DNA from: Macrostomum lignano
Taxonomy: Eukaryota
DNA length: 64,000 nucleotides
Direction: 5' to 3'
Assembly: GCA_002269645.1 (NCBI GenBank)
Contig: NIVC01001340.1
Coordinates: 323,919-387,918 of the forward strand
The notes beneath the pieces were generated by a model, which saw nothing but the letters and a program-made list of their open reading frames with translations, was not told where the DNA came from and did no database searches. The translations under genes were made by a program, and so were the position numbers. Positions 52,086 to 64,000 of the stretch are shown piece after piece. Numbering within the stretch: position 1 is the stretch's first letter; each line of letters opens with the position of its first letter.

Positions 52086-55000
52086 AAACTGAATTGACTG
52101 AATCGACGTCCCACCAGGCATCTGTGTCGCCCCTCCGCTCCCAGCGGGTAAGGCGATCGGGGACTTCCGGGCGTCTGTCCGTCTCCGCACCCCGGCCAGT
52201 CCCACCAGGCGGCCAGGCAGGACGTCGCACTAGAAGGCAACCCTTCTTTGACCGAGCAGATCAGCGGGCTTCCTTGACCTACTCGGCACCCTACGACAGC
52301 CCGACCGTCTGGAGCAGTTACCTGCCCAAGCCGGGCTCCATCGCATCGGCCAGAGACAATTTCTTTCCCGTCACTGTCTGTTTCACGACTCGTAGAAGAA
52401 ACAGCGTGAGCGTTTTCCCCGTTTAAAGCGAGAGCTCCAGCGGAGCCTCCTTCGTCACGGACCGCTCCATCGGTACCGGCCATTCCCAGTACTGTTCCCG
52501 AGCTTATAGGAAGGCTAAGACCAAGTCTTCCTACAAAGACTCGGACACTCTGCCCGTTCCTTGGCGCCGTGCTCTGACGGCCGTCAAAACCCACGGGCGG
52601 GTAGACAGGGACACCTCCCTCAGTCGGGTCAGCAGCTAGACTGCTAACTACTGACAGTTCCCGTATCCCTGGTCCCCCCGTCCCGGCTTCTTTCTCGGTC
52701 TCGGCGGGGAGAACCGCTCCCACAGACGGTCGAGCAAGGGGCCTTTGGGACGCACGGGACCCTAGGTGAAGTCGGACTGTCATAACGAAGACCGGTCCTC
52801 CAACTCGACGGCCCGCGTCAGCCGCTGACAGGCCCTCAAGCAACACCACACCGTTTCCCGGACATTCCGGCGAACCGACAGTCTCACCTACTGTTATCAG
52901 AAAGGAGAGCATTGGAACCGCAAGTCGAGACGTCGCGTTCTCGACTACCGTTCCTGAAGCAAGACCTTCTGACACCTCTCAGATGGTCACACGACCCGTA
53001 CGCACCGTTAATGCGCCGGCAACTACTACTACGTCTGGGGTTTCGGCCGCGCTGGCAGAAACTACCTAGGCAGGCACATCGTTACCTGGAGGACCTTTAA
53101 GGTCACCAGTAACCGTCGTAGGGATCTCCCCTACCACTGGAACATCGCGACTTTCTCCAACTCTCACGCCCCAAGCGGCAGTCTATCCTGCACCTCGGGC
53201 GGCGACAGAGAGTTCAGGAACTCCGTCTCCAGTCGCACCCCGTCTTCGAACGCGAATCGGTACCGGGATACCCCGACCTAAGCTTACGGTCGCAGTCGAT
53301 CTGCCGCCCGTCAGAATCGGCGAAGGGACGCCTGTTTCTACAGGTCGCCTCCTTACAACTCCTTCCGCAACTCCGGTAGCATCCCTCGTCTGCCTCCCCG
53401 CGAGTACTAGCACGCTGTTCGCGCGGGAACGCGAGAGGACTCTCGGAGATCTGTCCAGAAATAGACGTCCCGCGATCGGGTCTAGTCCGGCGGTATGCTC
53501 TATCGCCCGGATTGGTAACGTCACATCTAGGTGGTCTCCGCGAACCCCCACTCGGGGGTCCACCACGGCTGTCGGGACGCGTTAACGCGCTCCTGACGCT
53601 TCCGGAAAAACCGAAAACAAACTTGCACCCCACTGGTCAAGTCGGACACCAGGTCCCATTATGGGTCTGTAAATCAGACGAACGTCTTCCCCTAAAGGGA
53701 AGGCATTTCGCACTCGCCGGCTTAGACGGTGAACCAGGACGACCACTTGTACTAGCGACGCCAGAATCAGAGTCTCTCGGAATTCGGTGTCGCCAGGCGG
53801 GTAACGAGTCGTCGCATCTACTTCAAGACTTCTTCCAGGGACTCCCATAGTCCCCTGCCTGGTCTACGGTGGCGCCACTGTAGCAGGCGTATAGGTTGAA
53901 AGTCTTACCCCAGTCCGGCTTGTAGGGCCTCCTCGAGTAGCTACTGGTATAAGGTCTCTTGACCTCTGTCGTGGGGTGGAACGCCCGATGGAAACGTCTG
54001 CCCCTGGCAGGAGACCATCGGGTCGTCTGACCGCCACCGGCACGCTACCGACTAGTACATGTACTAGGTAGACCACTCTACACTCACGCAAACGGAGAGT
54101 GTTTCTCGAGAAGCCTTGCGGAGTTTCTCCTGCAATAGCTTCCGCGGTTACTATAGGTCCTTCTAGGGGTCTCGTTTCGGTAATGGTTCGTGCCGGAAGA
54201 GCTCAAATAGCTGGTCCTGCACGTCGCGCGAAAGTCACCTCGCTGGGCGGGCTTTTCGCACGACCAAGAGCGACTCTCCAAACAAGAAGTCGAGTTGTCT
54301 CTCTTCCGCGGTTTCGTGGTCAGAGAGGTAGTCGAACTGGTCCCTCCTCCAGTTCGACTAGCCAGACTTCCTAAACTATCTTACCATCAGGCTCGCCGGA
54401 CCGAATCCCTATTTCTAGTGGAAACGGAGCCAGGTTCGGACACCCTGTATTGGTTCGCACTACGTACGGGCTTCTTCCGACGTTTCAAACGCGTCCTTCG
54501 GACCCGTAAATTGGCGGAGAGAATCTTCCCGGCCATGTTACGGCAGCCCAGGACCCCGAAACTTTCCGAACTTCCTTAAACGGCGAGAGTGTTACGCCAG
54601 GAGGCACTACTATCTCCGTCGGTCGCGCACTGGAGGGAGGCTCACTAGGCCTCACCAGACCAATCGACCGAGCAACCCCTTTTTGCGTCACTCGTAATGT
54701 AGTTCGCAAAGGGGACCCAACAGGCACCTGCATGGCAGCCACGCAAACTGGCTCCTCTCGAATCTGTAAAACAGGTCGCACTCGCGAAAGTGTTGAGACC
54801 TCCACCCCGCACTCGGGAGATCGAGGAGTGTCATAACAGCGGTAAAAACTCGGAAACGTAAGGATTGGAAGGAAAATTTGAGTACTTAACGAAGTACTAT
54901 CCGCCAAACCAGACGTCCCGAGAATCAAAATCAACGAGACGCCACCTCAGAGAATCGGGACGCTGCCTCCAACGGCTCGAGCCCTAAGGTGGTGCCGCGG

Positions 55001-57840
55001 CTAAAAAAGGGAAATATCCGAAAATTTCCCGTCCTGCGGAGTTTCCGCCGCCAATCGCAGAGACAGTTTTGTCAGCGCGTGAGTAGGCGGAGAGCCGTGC
55101 TGCACTAGCACCTACCAACCGGTCCTCTGGCTACCTTAAGGAAGTCCCGCTCGGGCTTCCAAAGGGTTAGGCATAAAGACCGCAAGGCAGAGGTGCATTG
55201 TGCTCAACGCGATGCGCGCCGGTAATCCAACTTCCTCTACTTGAACACTAGGCTCTCACTCCTGTGACCTTCGTGGGCGGTGCGAGGTTATGAGACCATC
55301 TCAGACCCGCAACGCTCGCATCGCAGCTAGTGGAGGCTGGTGGCAGGCAACAGTTTCCATCCCCACCTGGGTCTCAACGTCTTGAGCTCCCAGCATCTCC
55401 GTTGCATCCGATCCTCCAGAAGCGGAGAGACTAATTACGGTCACGACGGGGTCACTCACACCACCCGCAACTACAGCGGCCGTTGGTACTCGAGCATCAA
55501 AAACCGTCTCGTCTCGAGATGGTCGCATCGCTCCCGAGACCCCTGCTGGCGTCGTAGCGGACCATCCATTTGGCTCCGTTACTCCCACCAGAAGGGTCCT
55601 TCTTCCAGGAGCCTAACCTACTGCGTCTACAGGGACAACCTGTCCAGGCTAGACTCGGTGCGTGACTCGCAAAACGAGCGTTTCTACGTTCGAGACCCTC
55701 CGACCAACCGGAGCGCTCCCATTCATATTTTTGTTAACATCGGTCGTCCCCGCAAGACTCCGAATGGAGACTCTCAGGTCCCAAGGACCTGCTCCTACTC
55801 GGGGCCGAACAGCTCGAGCCGCATTGCGTATTCCAACTGGCTCCGACGCTGCGTCACGACGTCTAATTAGACGTCCGTTACCTAAGGAACCAGCGACTAG
55901 TAATAGTGCGTCAACCCCTTAGCAACTCGTCCAGTAGGAGGAGGAAAAGTCACCACCCACTGGGCGTCTGGAGGTACCCTCAAAGTCGCAGGAGTCGTCA
56001 ATCCCACCGACACCTCAGGAGGCGCCTGCACTCGGGTCGCACCTGCAATGGCAGCGGAGGGGACGCACGAAGCCACGACAGTGACGGGCAGGGGAGACGG
56101 AGCAGCCAGTCCAGCTACGCCCACCGCGGTCGGAGGACCACTCAGTGTCTGAGCTTGGTCAGCCAGCCTCGGAGGGGCGAATCTCAGACCGGAAGACCGA
56201 CAACCCCACCTCGCGCTCTTCGCGCCCGGGCGAGTGCTACGCGTGCTTCCAAGAACCGGACCAGGTCGCGCGCGACCTAGTCCGGCCTGGAGGCCCACGA
56301 GGACCGCCCAGACGCTAACGCTAAAGGCCAAAGTCGTCGCGCTTGACGGAATGGCCCGTATCCTAGCCGGCAAACGGAGCCGAAGAAACGGCCTCCTCGG
56401 ACCCGGGGTCAAGGCCAAAGCCTTCGAAACCGTAAGAACCGAAGTAGTCGAAAGGCGAGGAGCGTTGCCTCCTACCAGTCGACTCAGTCTGGTTATACTT
56501 AACACCTGAATCCGCCGTTCGCGAATCGGGTCAGTAGTCTCTCGGGATCCTAGTGGCATCGGGGGAAGAGGAACGCCCTTCACCGCACCACATCCTCGGG
56601 CAACTGGAGTTCCAGCCCCACGTCGAAATCGTTATAAACGGATTCGACTAGAGGCCTGAATTACCGTGACGGCCGGCCCTAGGTCTGCGCTTTCGCGACC
56701 CAGAAGACAGCAAGCGGGAGCGACCGCTTCTGCTCGAACGGCTCGAAGAACCCGGTCAAGTCGAAACCGTCTTCGAGCGCATCTAACGCCGACGAGAGGA
56801 GGCTCGACGTGGTCTACTTCTACGTCGGCAGCCAGAACCGTCTGAACTGGTGCGAGTGTCCCGCCGGGCGGTCCTCGACCAGCTACTCGCGTCGTAGCTA
56901 CCACGCGGTCCGTGACAGCTCGAGCAGCCGGCACTCCAGGACGAGAAGGGGCTTCTGCTACTGGCGGCCAACCTCGAACTGGAAACTCCGCATCAACCAC
57001 CGCCGCCAAGGGCTTCCGGGCCGGCGCGAACATCGTCTATATGACCCACCGAGTGGTCGCCCCCAACATAGGACCCCCCGTCCCCAACGACACCAAGGAA
57101 AGCCGGGTTGTCGTCGGAGCGGGAGGGATCCAAGGGGGAGGCGGCCACCGGCCGGGCGTCATGGGGCATCAGCGGCAGCGGCGAGCAACGCCGCAACCAA
57201 CGCCCACGCAGCCCGAAGTCGCCTCCCGGGCCAACGCGCACGCCCGTACAGTGGCCGGCTCGGCCGCCGTTCGGGTAGACGGGGGCCACCCCGCCGCGAC
57301 CACGGTCTCAGTGGCCGGCCTCAACGGCCCCGGGGCCGAAGTCGCCCCAACTTTCTCCGCCTACTGCGGTATCGACTTTCGCCCTTCCTCACTCGACTCA
57401 GTGTTTTTTTCTCCTTTCTTCTTTTTCTTTTCCTGGCGATCGCTGGCCTGTTGGGGGGCCGGAAGGTCGGGTAGCCGTGCCAGTTTGTGGAATCCGTATT
57501 CCCCCATGCAATTCGTCATGGTGCCGGACGTCCGACCGTTCGGTCTGGGCGTATGGGTTTAAACCGGCTTCGGTGACCTACCCAGCGGTCGCAGCCTCGG
57601 GTCAGACAGGTCGTCGGGATCCCAGACGGAACTTGTGTGCGCCCCTGCTCATGGGACCCAGCTGAACACTTTGTCGCACTCCCCCCCAGACGCCGACGGT
57701 CGCCGTTTATCGCCCACGTCTGGAGGGAGAGGTCGGAACTGGACGACTTCTATCCCCGTCCGCACTTCGTAGCGTCTGGCATCGGGTATCCGGACCAGAC
57801 AGAGTATGAAGTGACCGCACGACTTATGTGGAAGCGCACG
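52086..57840 (-). mobile_element. (complemented block) Full-length RNase H-containing LINE, LOA-like clade, 5755 bp
   Basis: Reading the given bases right to left: ORF1 57371-55905 (488 aa) and ORF2 55902-52198 (1234 aa). ORF2 has APE (QINLQHC, VQEPW, AGDINAHH, SDH), RT (FLDIIGAFD, PQGGVLSP, YADD, WGLTPK), RNase H (YTDGS, SDSQAA, WIPGH, GNELAD) and CCHC (CPFCE..EDAQHFVCHC). 12-bp TSD caagtctacgtg at 52074-52085 and 57841-57852. Confidence 0.92.
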
Positions 57841-58291
57841 CAAGTCTACGTGTCCATGGAAAAGTTAACATAAGTTACAAATGTCTTACAACGTGTTCAG
57901 TCGACCACGTGTCAAACGTGATCCATTGTCAGTTAAATAAGATATATACGTTAGCTGTTATTTTTGCGTAGAGACACGTTATTTTTGCGTTCCGTGTTCC
58001 TACAAAAAAGAAAAGAACAAGTTTGAGTAGTTTTTCACAGGTCAATTCGACTATATCAACTACGACGTATAGGTATTTATCTAAATGACGTAGATGAGCA
58101 ACTACCATTTCAGGTTTATTTATCTAAAACATCTATTTGTTCAAAGAATTTTTATATGTGATCTATCGTGGACTCGATTTCACCTGGGGGATGTTCGTGT
58201 GTTTCCATGGTCACATACACAGGATCATAACCGATATTTTGTCATTCCGAGCATTCCGAGACAAACTTTTTTTAAGGAGTTCAAATTGCTT

Positions 58292-61200
58292 TACACGGCA
58301 AATTTAAGTTAGAGTAGCTGCCAGCGAAAAAATTAGCAAGAAAACACACCTTGGCATTCAATGAGCGTTTAGGAAAACGTTTGTATGATCCACACCGTTA
58401 CCGTTTGAAACTAATGTTACCAAGGAATTAGCGTTAGACGATGTCCAGCCGCCATGACCCAGGTACGTACATGTTAAGGTGTGGATGATATTAGTACTGT
58501 CGTCTCGGAGCCTGCCCTGCATGACGCTGTGCAAGAAAAGGACCTCTCTCAGTCGGACGCTAGGCTTTAAGGTTGAGAAACGACTGTCCTCCAACGCCGG
58601 AGGGTAAATTATTGCTGCTGACGAGGGCCTTTAGAAAGAGATGTTCACGGTAGATTAATAAGTTCTGCTTGTGCTTTCGCTCCCTACAGCAATCCGACAG
58701 ACATGCTAACCATCCATCCATCGGTGTAATGTTAAAAAGACCCTGTTTGAATTTGTTTTTGGCAACTAAACCAACAAGCACTGTAGATTAAATAATATGG
58801 GATGCTTTGTTTAATAATTGTGGATTGAAAAAATTTAGCTGTGCCTCGATATTTTGCTGAGATTATATAGCTCATTTTTGGGGGGGGTTGCTAAGACTAC
58901 GCTGGAATTGCTGAAATGCCATCGATAAATGTAGAATGCTGAGATTCCCAAGGCATTCCTAAGGCATTCCCTAGGGATTTCCGTGAAGAATTTATTAGGA
59001 TTTCACTGGCTCAAGGGGGAATTCTGAGCTGCCAAGGATTAGAGATCAATCTCTAAGAGTTTTTAATCTTACTACTTCTTCCGTTGTCTACCCATGTGGG
59101 GGGCTAAGATTACTAGTCTAATTCTACTTAGTAGTTTTGGCGGGAGAGTTATTGAATTTACCTTGAGTTAACGATTGCCATTCGAAATTCCTGCCCACAG
59201 GAACAATCTATTTAACTACGGTCAAGCTGGATACTATGGGGATTCGGACATTGTCAACTTCGGCGGCAGGTTCGGTGAAATTGCCAATCCAGTCGTTATA
59301 GACATGCCCTACTGGAATCCGGTATGCAATCTTAGTACTTTTAGTTTGTATAGCTACCTACAGTACAATATATCTGTGACCAGAACGCCACATCTCAACA
59401 TTTCTAACATTAACAGGGCAGCATACAAATAACGGTTGTCGCGATGGACAAAGACGAATTTTACGACGACCATATGGACCATTTCTACGCAAGTCTACCG
59501 GCTCGGGCTGACTCAGTAAGGAGAAACATGGACATCTACAGTTCTCCGAGGCACCACAGGCTATCAATTACCTATTGGTACACCTGCCACAGCCATTACT
59601 ACGGACTGGACTGTAACACACTTTGCAAGCCTCGCAATGACTCTACAGGCCACTATACCTGCGATTCTAATGGCAACAAAGTTTGCATGTCAGGTGAGCT
59701 TCGAGGTCACTACTAATATGTGTCTTTTAGTTTGTTGACTGCTGCTGAAATGTTTGCATTTTTAATTGTAATACGTTTACAGACTGGATGGGCACCAACT
59801 GCACCCGACTGATTCCGTGTCTCGAAAGCCCGTGCTACAACGGAGGCACCTGTTCCAATGTCGGCGACATTGCCAACTGCACCTGCACGCCAAACTTCAA
59901 CGGAAGCCGCTGCGAGACGGATGTCAACGAATGCGAACTTGATCTGCCGACCTGCTCGAATGGAGGAACGTGCCTAAACACCTATGGAGGATTCGATTGT
60001 GTCTGCCCGGAAAACTCTACTGGCAGTCGTTGTGAGGATCTGAACGAATGCGCTCTAGACATTCCACCGTGCCAGAACAATGGCACCTGCATCAACACTT
60101 TTGGCGGATTCAACTGCAGCTGCCCGCCGAACTTTAATGGCAGTCTTTGTGAGACTGACGTGAACGAGTGCGACACAGGAACCTCACTCTGTCTGAACGG
60201 AGGTACGTGTATTAACACCTTTGGCGGATTCAACTGCAACTGTCCTTCGGGTTTTACTGGCAGCCTCTGCGGCTCGGACGTGAACGAGTGTGATTCAGGC
60301 ACTTTCCCGTGTCAGAATGGAGGCACCTGTCTAAACAAATTCGGTGCATTCAACTGCAGTTGTCCCCCAAACTTTAATGGCAGTCTTTGTGAGACTGACG
60401 TGGACGAGTGCGACACAGGAACTTCACTCTGTCTGAACGGAGGTACCTGTATTAACACCTTTGGCGGATTCAACTGCAACTGTCCTTCGGGCTTTACTGG
60501 AAGCCTCTGCGGCTGGGACGTGAACGAGTGTGATTCAGGCACTTCCCCGTGTCATAATGGAGGCACCTGTCTGAACACATTCGGTGCATTCAACTGCAGT
60601 TGTCCGCCAAACTTCACAGGCGCCCGTTGTGAGGCAGATGTGAATGAGTGTGAGAATGGGACTTCGCTGTGTCTGAACGGAGGCACTTGTCAAAACACAT
60701 TCGGCGGGTTCAGTTGTCTCTGTCCAGGAAACTTTGTCGGCAGTCGCTGCGAGGCAGACGCTGACGAGTGCGAGATATCGGCCTCACCTTGCGGCATCGG
60801 CGGCACCTGCCTGAACACCTTCGGCGGATTCAACTGCATCTGTGCCGTGGGATTAACAGGCAGCCGATGCGAGATCGATGTAGACGAGTGCGAGGGCAAG
60901 TCCGACTGCGCGAGCGGCAGCACCTGCGTGAACGAATTTGGCAGCTACAGATGCCAGTGTCCCGATGGATTCAGCGGACGACTTTGCGAGACAGCAGAGA
61001 AACCTGCGGAGCCGAATCAGCAGACCCTCATCATTGCCTTAGCAACTGTCGGTGGTGTCATTCTGATCGTAGCGTTCATACTGACTGTCGCCGGCATCAC
61101 GAACAGCGAACGTATTTCACAGGCAGTCAGGTATTAACACTGAACATTCTGTTAACATTCTTTGAGGCCGTAAACAGATAAACCTAACTTTCTCAACTCC

Positions 61201-61377
61201 GTGATTAGCAGGTCCCGTCGAGGCAGTACAGTCGAGCCAGATATGGTGGACAATCATACATATAATACGGAGTAAGCATTGATTTCTTTGATTTAGTAAT
61301 CGAAGGTAATTTGTCGACTCGAAGCGTCACCTTTTACATTGACAGCGATTCTACATTCAAACCGATGAGGTATTGAT
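58292..61377 (+). CDS. Delta-like Notch ligand (signal peptide, C2/MNNL-like domain, DSL, 10 EGF, TM, short tail)
   Basis: Exon 1 58292-58354 and most of exon 2 58446-58603 are in the complemented block. Then 59201-59321, 59417-59693, 59783-61130, about 61214-61271 and about 61346-61377. DSL motif [38 protein letters not shown], Ca-binding EGFs, [23 protein letters not shown]. Confidence 0.88.
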
Positions 61378-62089
61378 GTCGCCAGCTGCCTCAGAGAAGG
61401 CTACACCTGATCTCAGGTTTTTGACCAATTGCGACTTTTTTCTGAACTCGAGACTCTGCTGGCATATTCTCAACTTATTCCAGTATTAATAAGCATCCCT
61501 GTAAATGCAACCCACTTTGTATATCATGTGAAAACGTATTTTGCTATAAATTGGTACACTTATCCATCTAAATATTCTAGTATTAAAAATCTGCTTTATT
61601 TTTCTGTATAGCTAATCGAACAATGATAAATTAATAACTTCCCAAATTTCTAATGTACAAGGTAATCACAACGTTGATCATGGATGCAATGGATGCGTCA
61701 GACCACCTTTATCCTAGTACATTGTAGTATCTTGACGACATTTACGAGTATTGATAAGAAATCTTTTTTGATACAATTTATTTCATACAGATCAGTTTCC
61801 TTATTTCGGACTTGTGAGAAAATAAATTAAAGCCTGGTTTATAATTTAAATCCAACGGATATATTTAGTTGTTTACTGAGTCGTCTGCTGCTAATTAAAA
61901 TTAGCTAGGTAAGTAAATTTGTGATGCAAATAATGCAAATCTATGTACTTTACGCTATGTACTTATTGCATCCTGATAATTATTTTATATCTAGAAAATA
62001 GAGTTAATACACAATTAAAAAACTATGACTACGGACCCAAATGCATAATAATAATTAGTAATTGATGACACCCGCCCGAATAGGCAGAT

Positions 62090-62370
62090 GTGCAACCGAC
62101 ATCTCAGCCGCAGCTATTGCGCAGCGCATCTGAAGGCTGCGTACGGCTGTTCATTCCAAAGACTGGGGGGGGCGCCACTTACATACGATATCTACCCTCA
62201 ATTACCCCAGCCAATGGTGGCACCAATTTTACGGCTGTGTGAACTGAAGCAATGCAGAGTTAAGTGTCTTTCTCAAGGACACAAATTGTTCCGTGTGGGT
62301 CGAGAATCGAACCCCCGACCTTTCAGCCGTGAACTTAGCCAGAACCCATACTGAGTCATCATGTGAAATA
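62090..62370 (-). mobile_element. Probable tRNA-derived SINE remnant
   Basis: gttaagtgtctttctcaaggacac...gagaatcgaacccccgacc resembles the antisense of widespread invertebrate tRNA-head SINEs. Recognised from memory. Confidence 0.5.
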
Positions 62371-62399
62371 GTGGGTAGTGCATCATGTGCGTCATGTGA

Positions 62400-62720
62400 C
62401 TGAGCTATCAGTGACCTTGAGACTCATGTGACTGAGCTATCAGTGACCTTGGGATTCATTCAGTGACTGAACTAACATCAGTGACCTTGGGATTCATTCA
62501 GTGACTGAACTATCAGTGACCTTGAGATTCATTCAGTGACTGAGCTATCAGTGACCTTGAGATTCATTCAGTGACTGAGCTATCAGTGACCTTGAGATTC
62601 ATTCAGTGACTGAACTAACATCAGTGACCTTATTACTCATTCAGTGACTGAACTATCACTGATCTTGGAATTCATTCAGTGACTGAACTATCAGTGACCT
62701 TGGGATTGATTCAGTGACCC
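62400..62720. repeat. About 35-bp tandem repeat (cattcagtgactgaactatcagtgaccttgagatt)
   Basis: Directly visible. Confidence 0.9.
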
Positions 62721-63588
62721 TAACCGAATATAACCTCCGCATTATATTTACGAGTAATATGGATTAGGAGACGGTGTAACAAATGCAACATTGAAATGTG
62801 GATATGTATAATAGTTAAATAGAGCTAGACATTCGCGCACGATGAAATATTCAACTGAATTGAAAATGCTATACATATATAAAACCTTAATTATTAGATT
62901 TAAGTAAAAGTTTAAAAAAATGTTTCAAAATTTTGATGCTCTAGTCTAGTGAATTATTTAAAGCACCTCTGTTAAAAATCTGGTACGAGCGACAAGAAAG
63001 CAGTGTGGCACTTTTAATATATCAGCAAAACGTATTTAAAATTTGCTTTATTTTTAAGTTGTTTTTTTAAGTAAAATTTGTCTTTACAAGCGACCAAATC
63101 GTTTCACTCCAAACAACAGAAAATGGCAAATTTTTGCAGGACAATGCAACAATGCTTAATACTCGTGTACAGTACGCTAGATTTAAATGATGATGTTGTT
63201 ACATGGTGCATCTACATAGAAGATTCGGAGCAAGCATATGTACATGGCGTAGCATGCAAGTGCAAATGCCTCCACCGAAATTTATGAAATTTACTGGTAT
63301 ATATCTGATGAATAAATATCTTCGAACTCCGGAGGACATTGGCAAGGGACATTTCCTAGTCATTGACTTCATTACCTAAGAGGATTTAATTTTAATTATG
63401 TATGTCAAGCACGAAAATCCTTGTACAAACGTTTAATCCACAGGTTACATAGCAGTCCTGTTAAGCGTTCAACTCAGAGCAGTTATGCTGCGTATGCTTC
63501 GTTATCGAATCTGGAATTGAAATTCATTTATAGAAGAGCAATGGTCAAACTTATAGACTCCGGAATGCAACAACTGACACATTCTTAC

Positions 63589-64000
63589 CTGCTCTCATTA
63601 TCCTCGTAGCCAGCAGTGCCTCTGCTACTGAAAATATGTTTTGCAGCCATTTAATCAATAAATTCAATCTATAGCAAACACCGTATTTACTAGCACTTCT
63701 GTAGTCAGCTTCCTCTATCAATATGCACTTACCTATTCCTTCTTTGATAGACAACAAGCGCAATTATGACAGCGATAATCGCTGTCCCCAAGACTGCTGA
63801 GACGATGATTACTGGCAGTTTCCAGAGAGCCTCAGTCGGAGACCCAACCGAGGCCTCAGCGCGAAATCTCACAGCGTCTGCCTCTAAACGCTGGTCCGCA
63901 ACGGCAGGAAAATCCGCCAAAGCTGTTCTGACAGCTTCCGTTGTTTCGACACGGCGGGGCGGCCAGCTTGCACTCGTCGATGTCCTGCTCGCAGTGACGT
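63589..64000 (-). CDS. 3' part of an EGF-repeat transmembrane gene (continues beyond the window), frameshifted
   Basis: Minus strand CEQDIDECKLAAPPCRNNGSCQNSFGGFSCRCGPAFRGRRCE, then in another frame TM LPVIIVSAVLGTAIIAVIIALVV-YQRR. Donor at 63733; next exon 63627-63589. Confidence 0.75.

Larger units (their letters stand above)
42250..58590. other. Block written as the complement (not reverse complement) of the true sequence
   Basis: GTC/GAC/TAC/ACG dominate over CAG/CTG/CAT. Only base-wise complementing gives GT-AG introns, long ORFs and recognisable domains. Left edge uncertain (about 42050-42550); right edge about 58587-58592. Confidence 0.95.

Noticed and set aside
42989-58312. All ORFs listed by the track inside the block (e.g. 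574 aa, 343 aa, 298 aa)
   Set aside because: They are translations of complemented DNA or of repeats; the true reading frames are not among the six computed.
42250-58590. A biological mirror-replication or parallel-strand copying system
   Set aside because: No known chemistry supports it. The block has ordinary content and the switch falls mid-exon with length preserved, which fits a data-handling error better. Not formally excluded without reads.
42250-58590. Ordinary genomic inversion
   Set aside because: An inversion would be readable on the minus strand and would reverse exon order; neither is the case.
58680-58730. Extra Delta-like exon after the ccctacag acceptor
   Set aside because: Hits a stop within 13 codons and has no good donor; the 59201 acceptor fits both phase and domain.

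Overview
Eukaryotic (animal) genomic DNA with GC-rich exons, short introns and many introns inflated by minisatellites. The style fits a free-living flatworm such as Macrostomum, but the species is inference. Normal-orientation content, left to right: nested Ty3/Gypsy remnants, a decayed mariner, TMEM214 (+, 7 exons), ATG4 (+, 7 exons), two DUF1757-like paralogs (-), CFDP1/BCNT (-), two hAT-type MITEs, the body of a Delta-like Notch ligand (+) and the 3' end of a convergent EGF-TM gene (-). Key observation: a block from about 42.2 kb to about 58.59 kb is the base-by-base COMPLEMENT, not the reverse complement, of real sequence, so the six-frame ORF track is meaningless there. Complementing it in place reveals a degenerate DIRS/Ngaro-type tyrosine recombinase, an ankyrin-repeat ORF next to a cGAS-like (Mab-21/cGLR) nucleotidyltransferase gene, a full-length LOA-type LINE with a 12-bp TSD, and exons 1-2 of the Delta-like gene. 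Exon 2 runs in frame across the right junction into normal sequence. The most likely cause is an assembly or processing artefact, because no known polymerase makes a same-polarity complement. Strands given for features inside the block refer to the restored (complemented) sequence.
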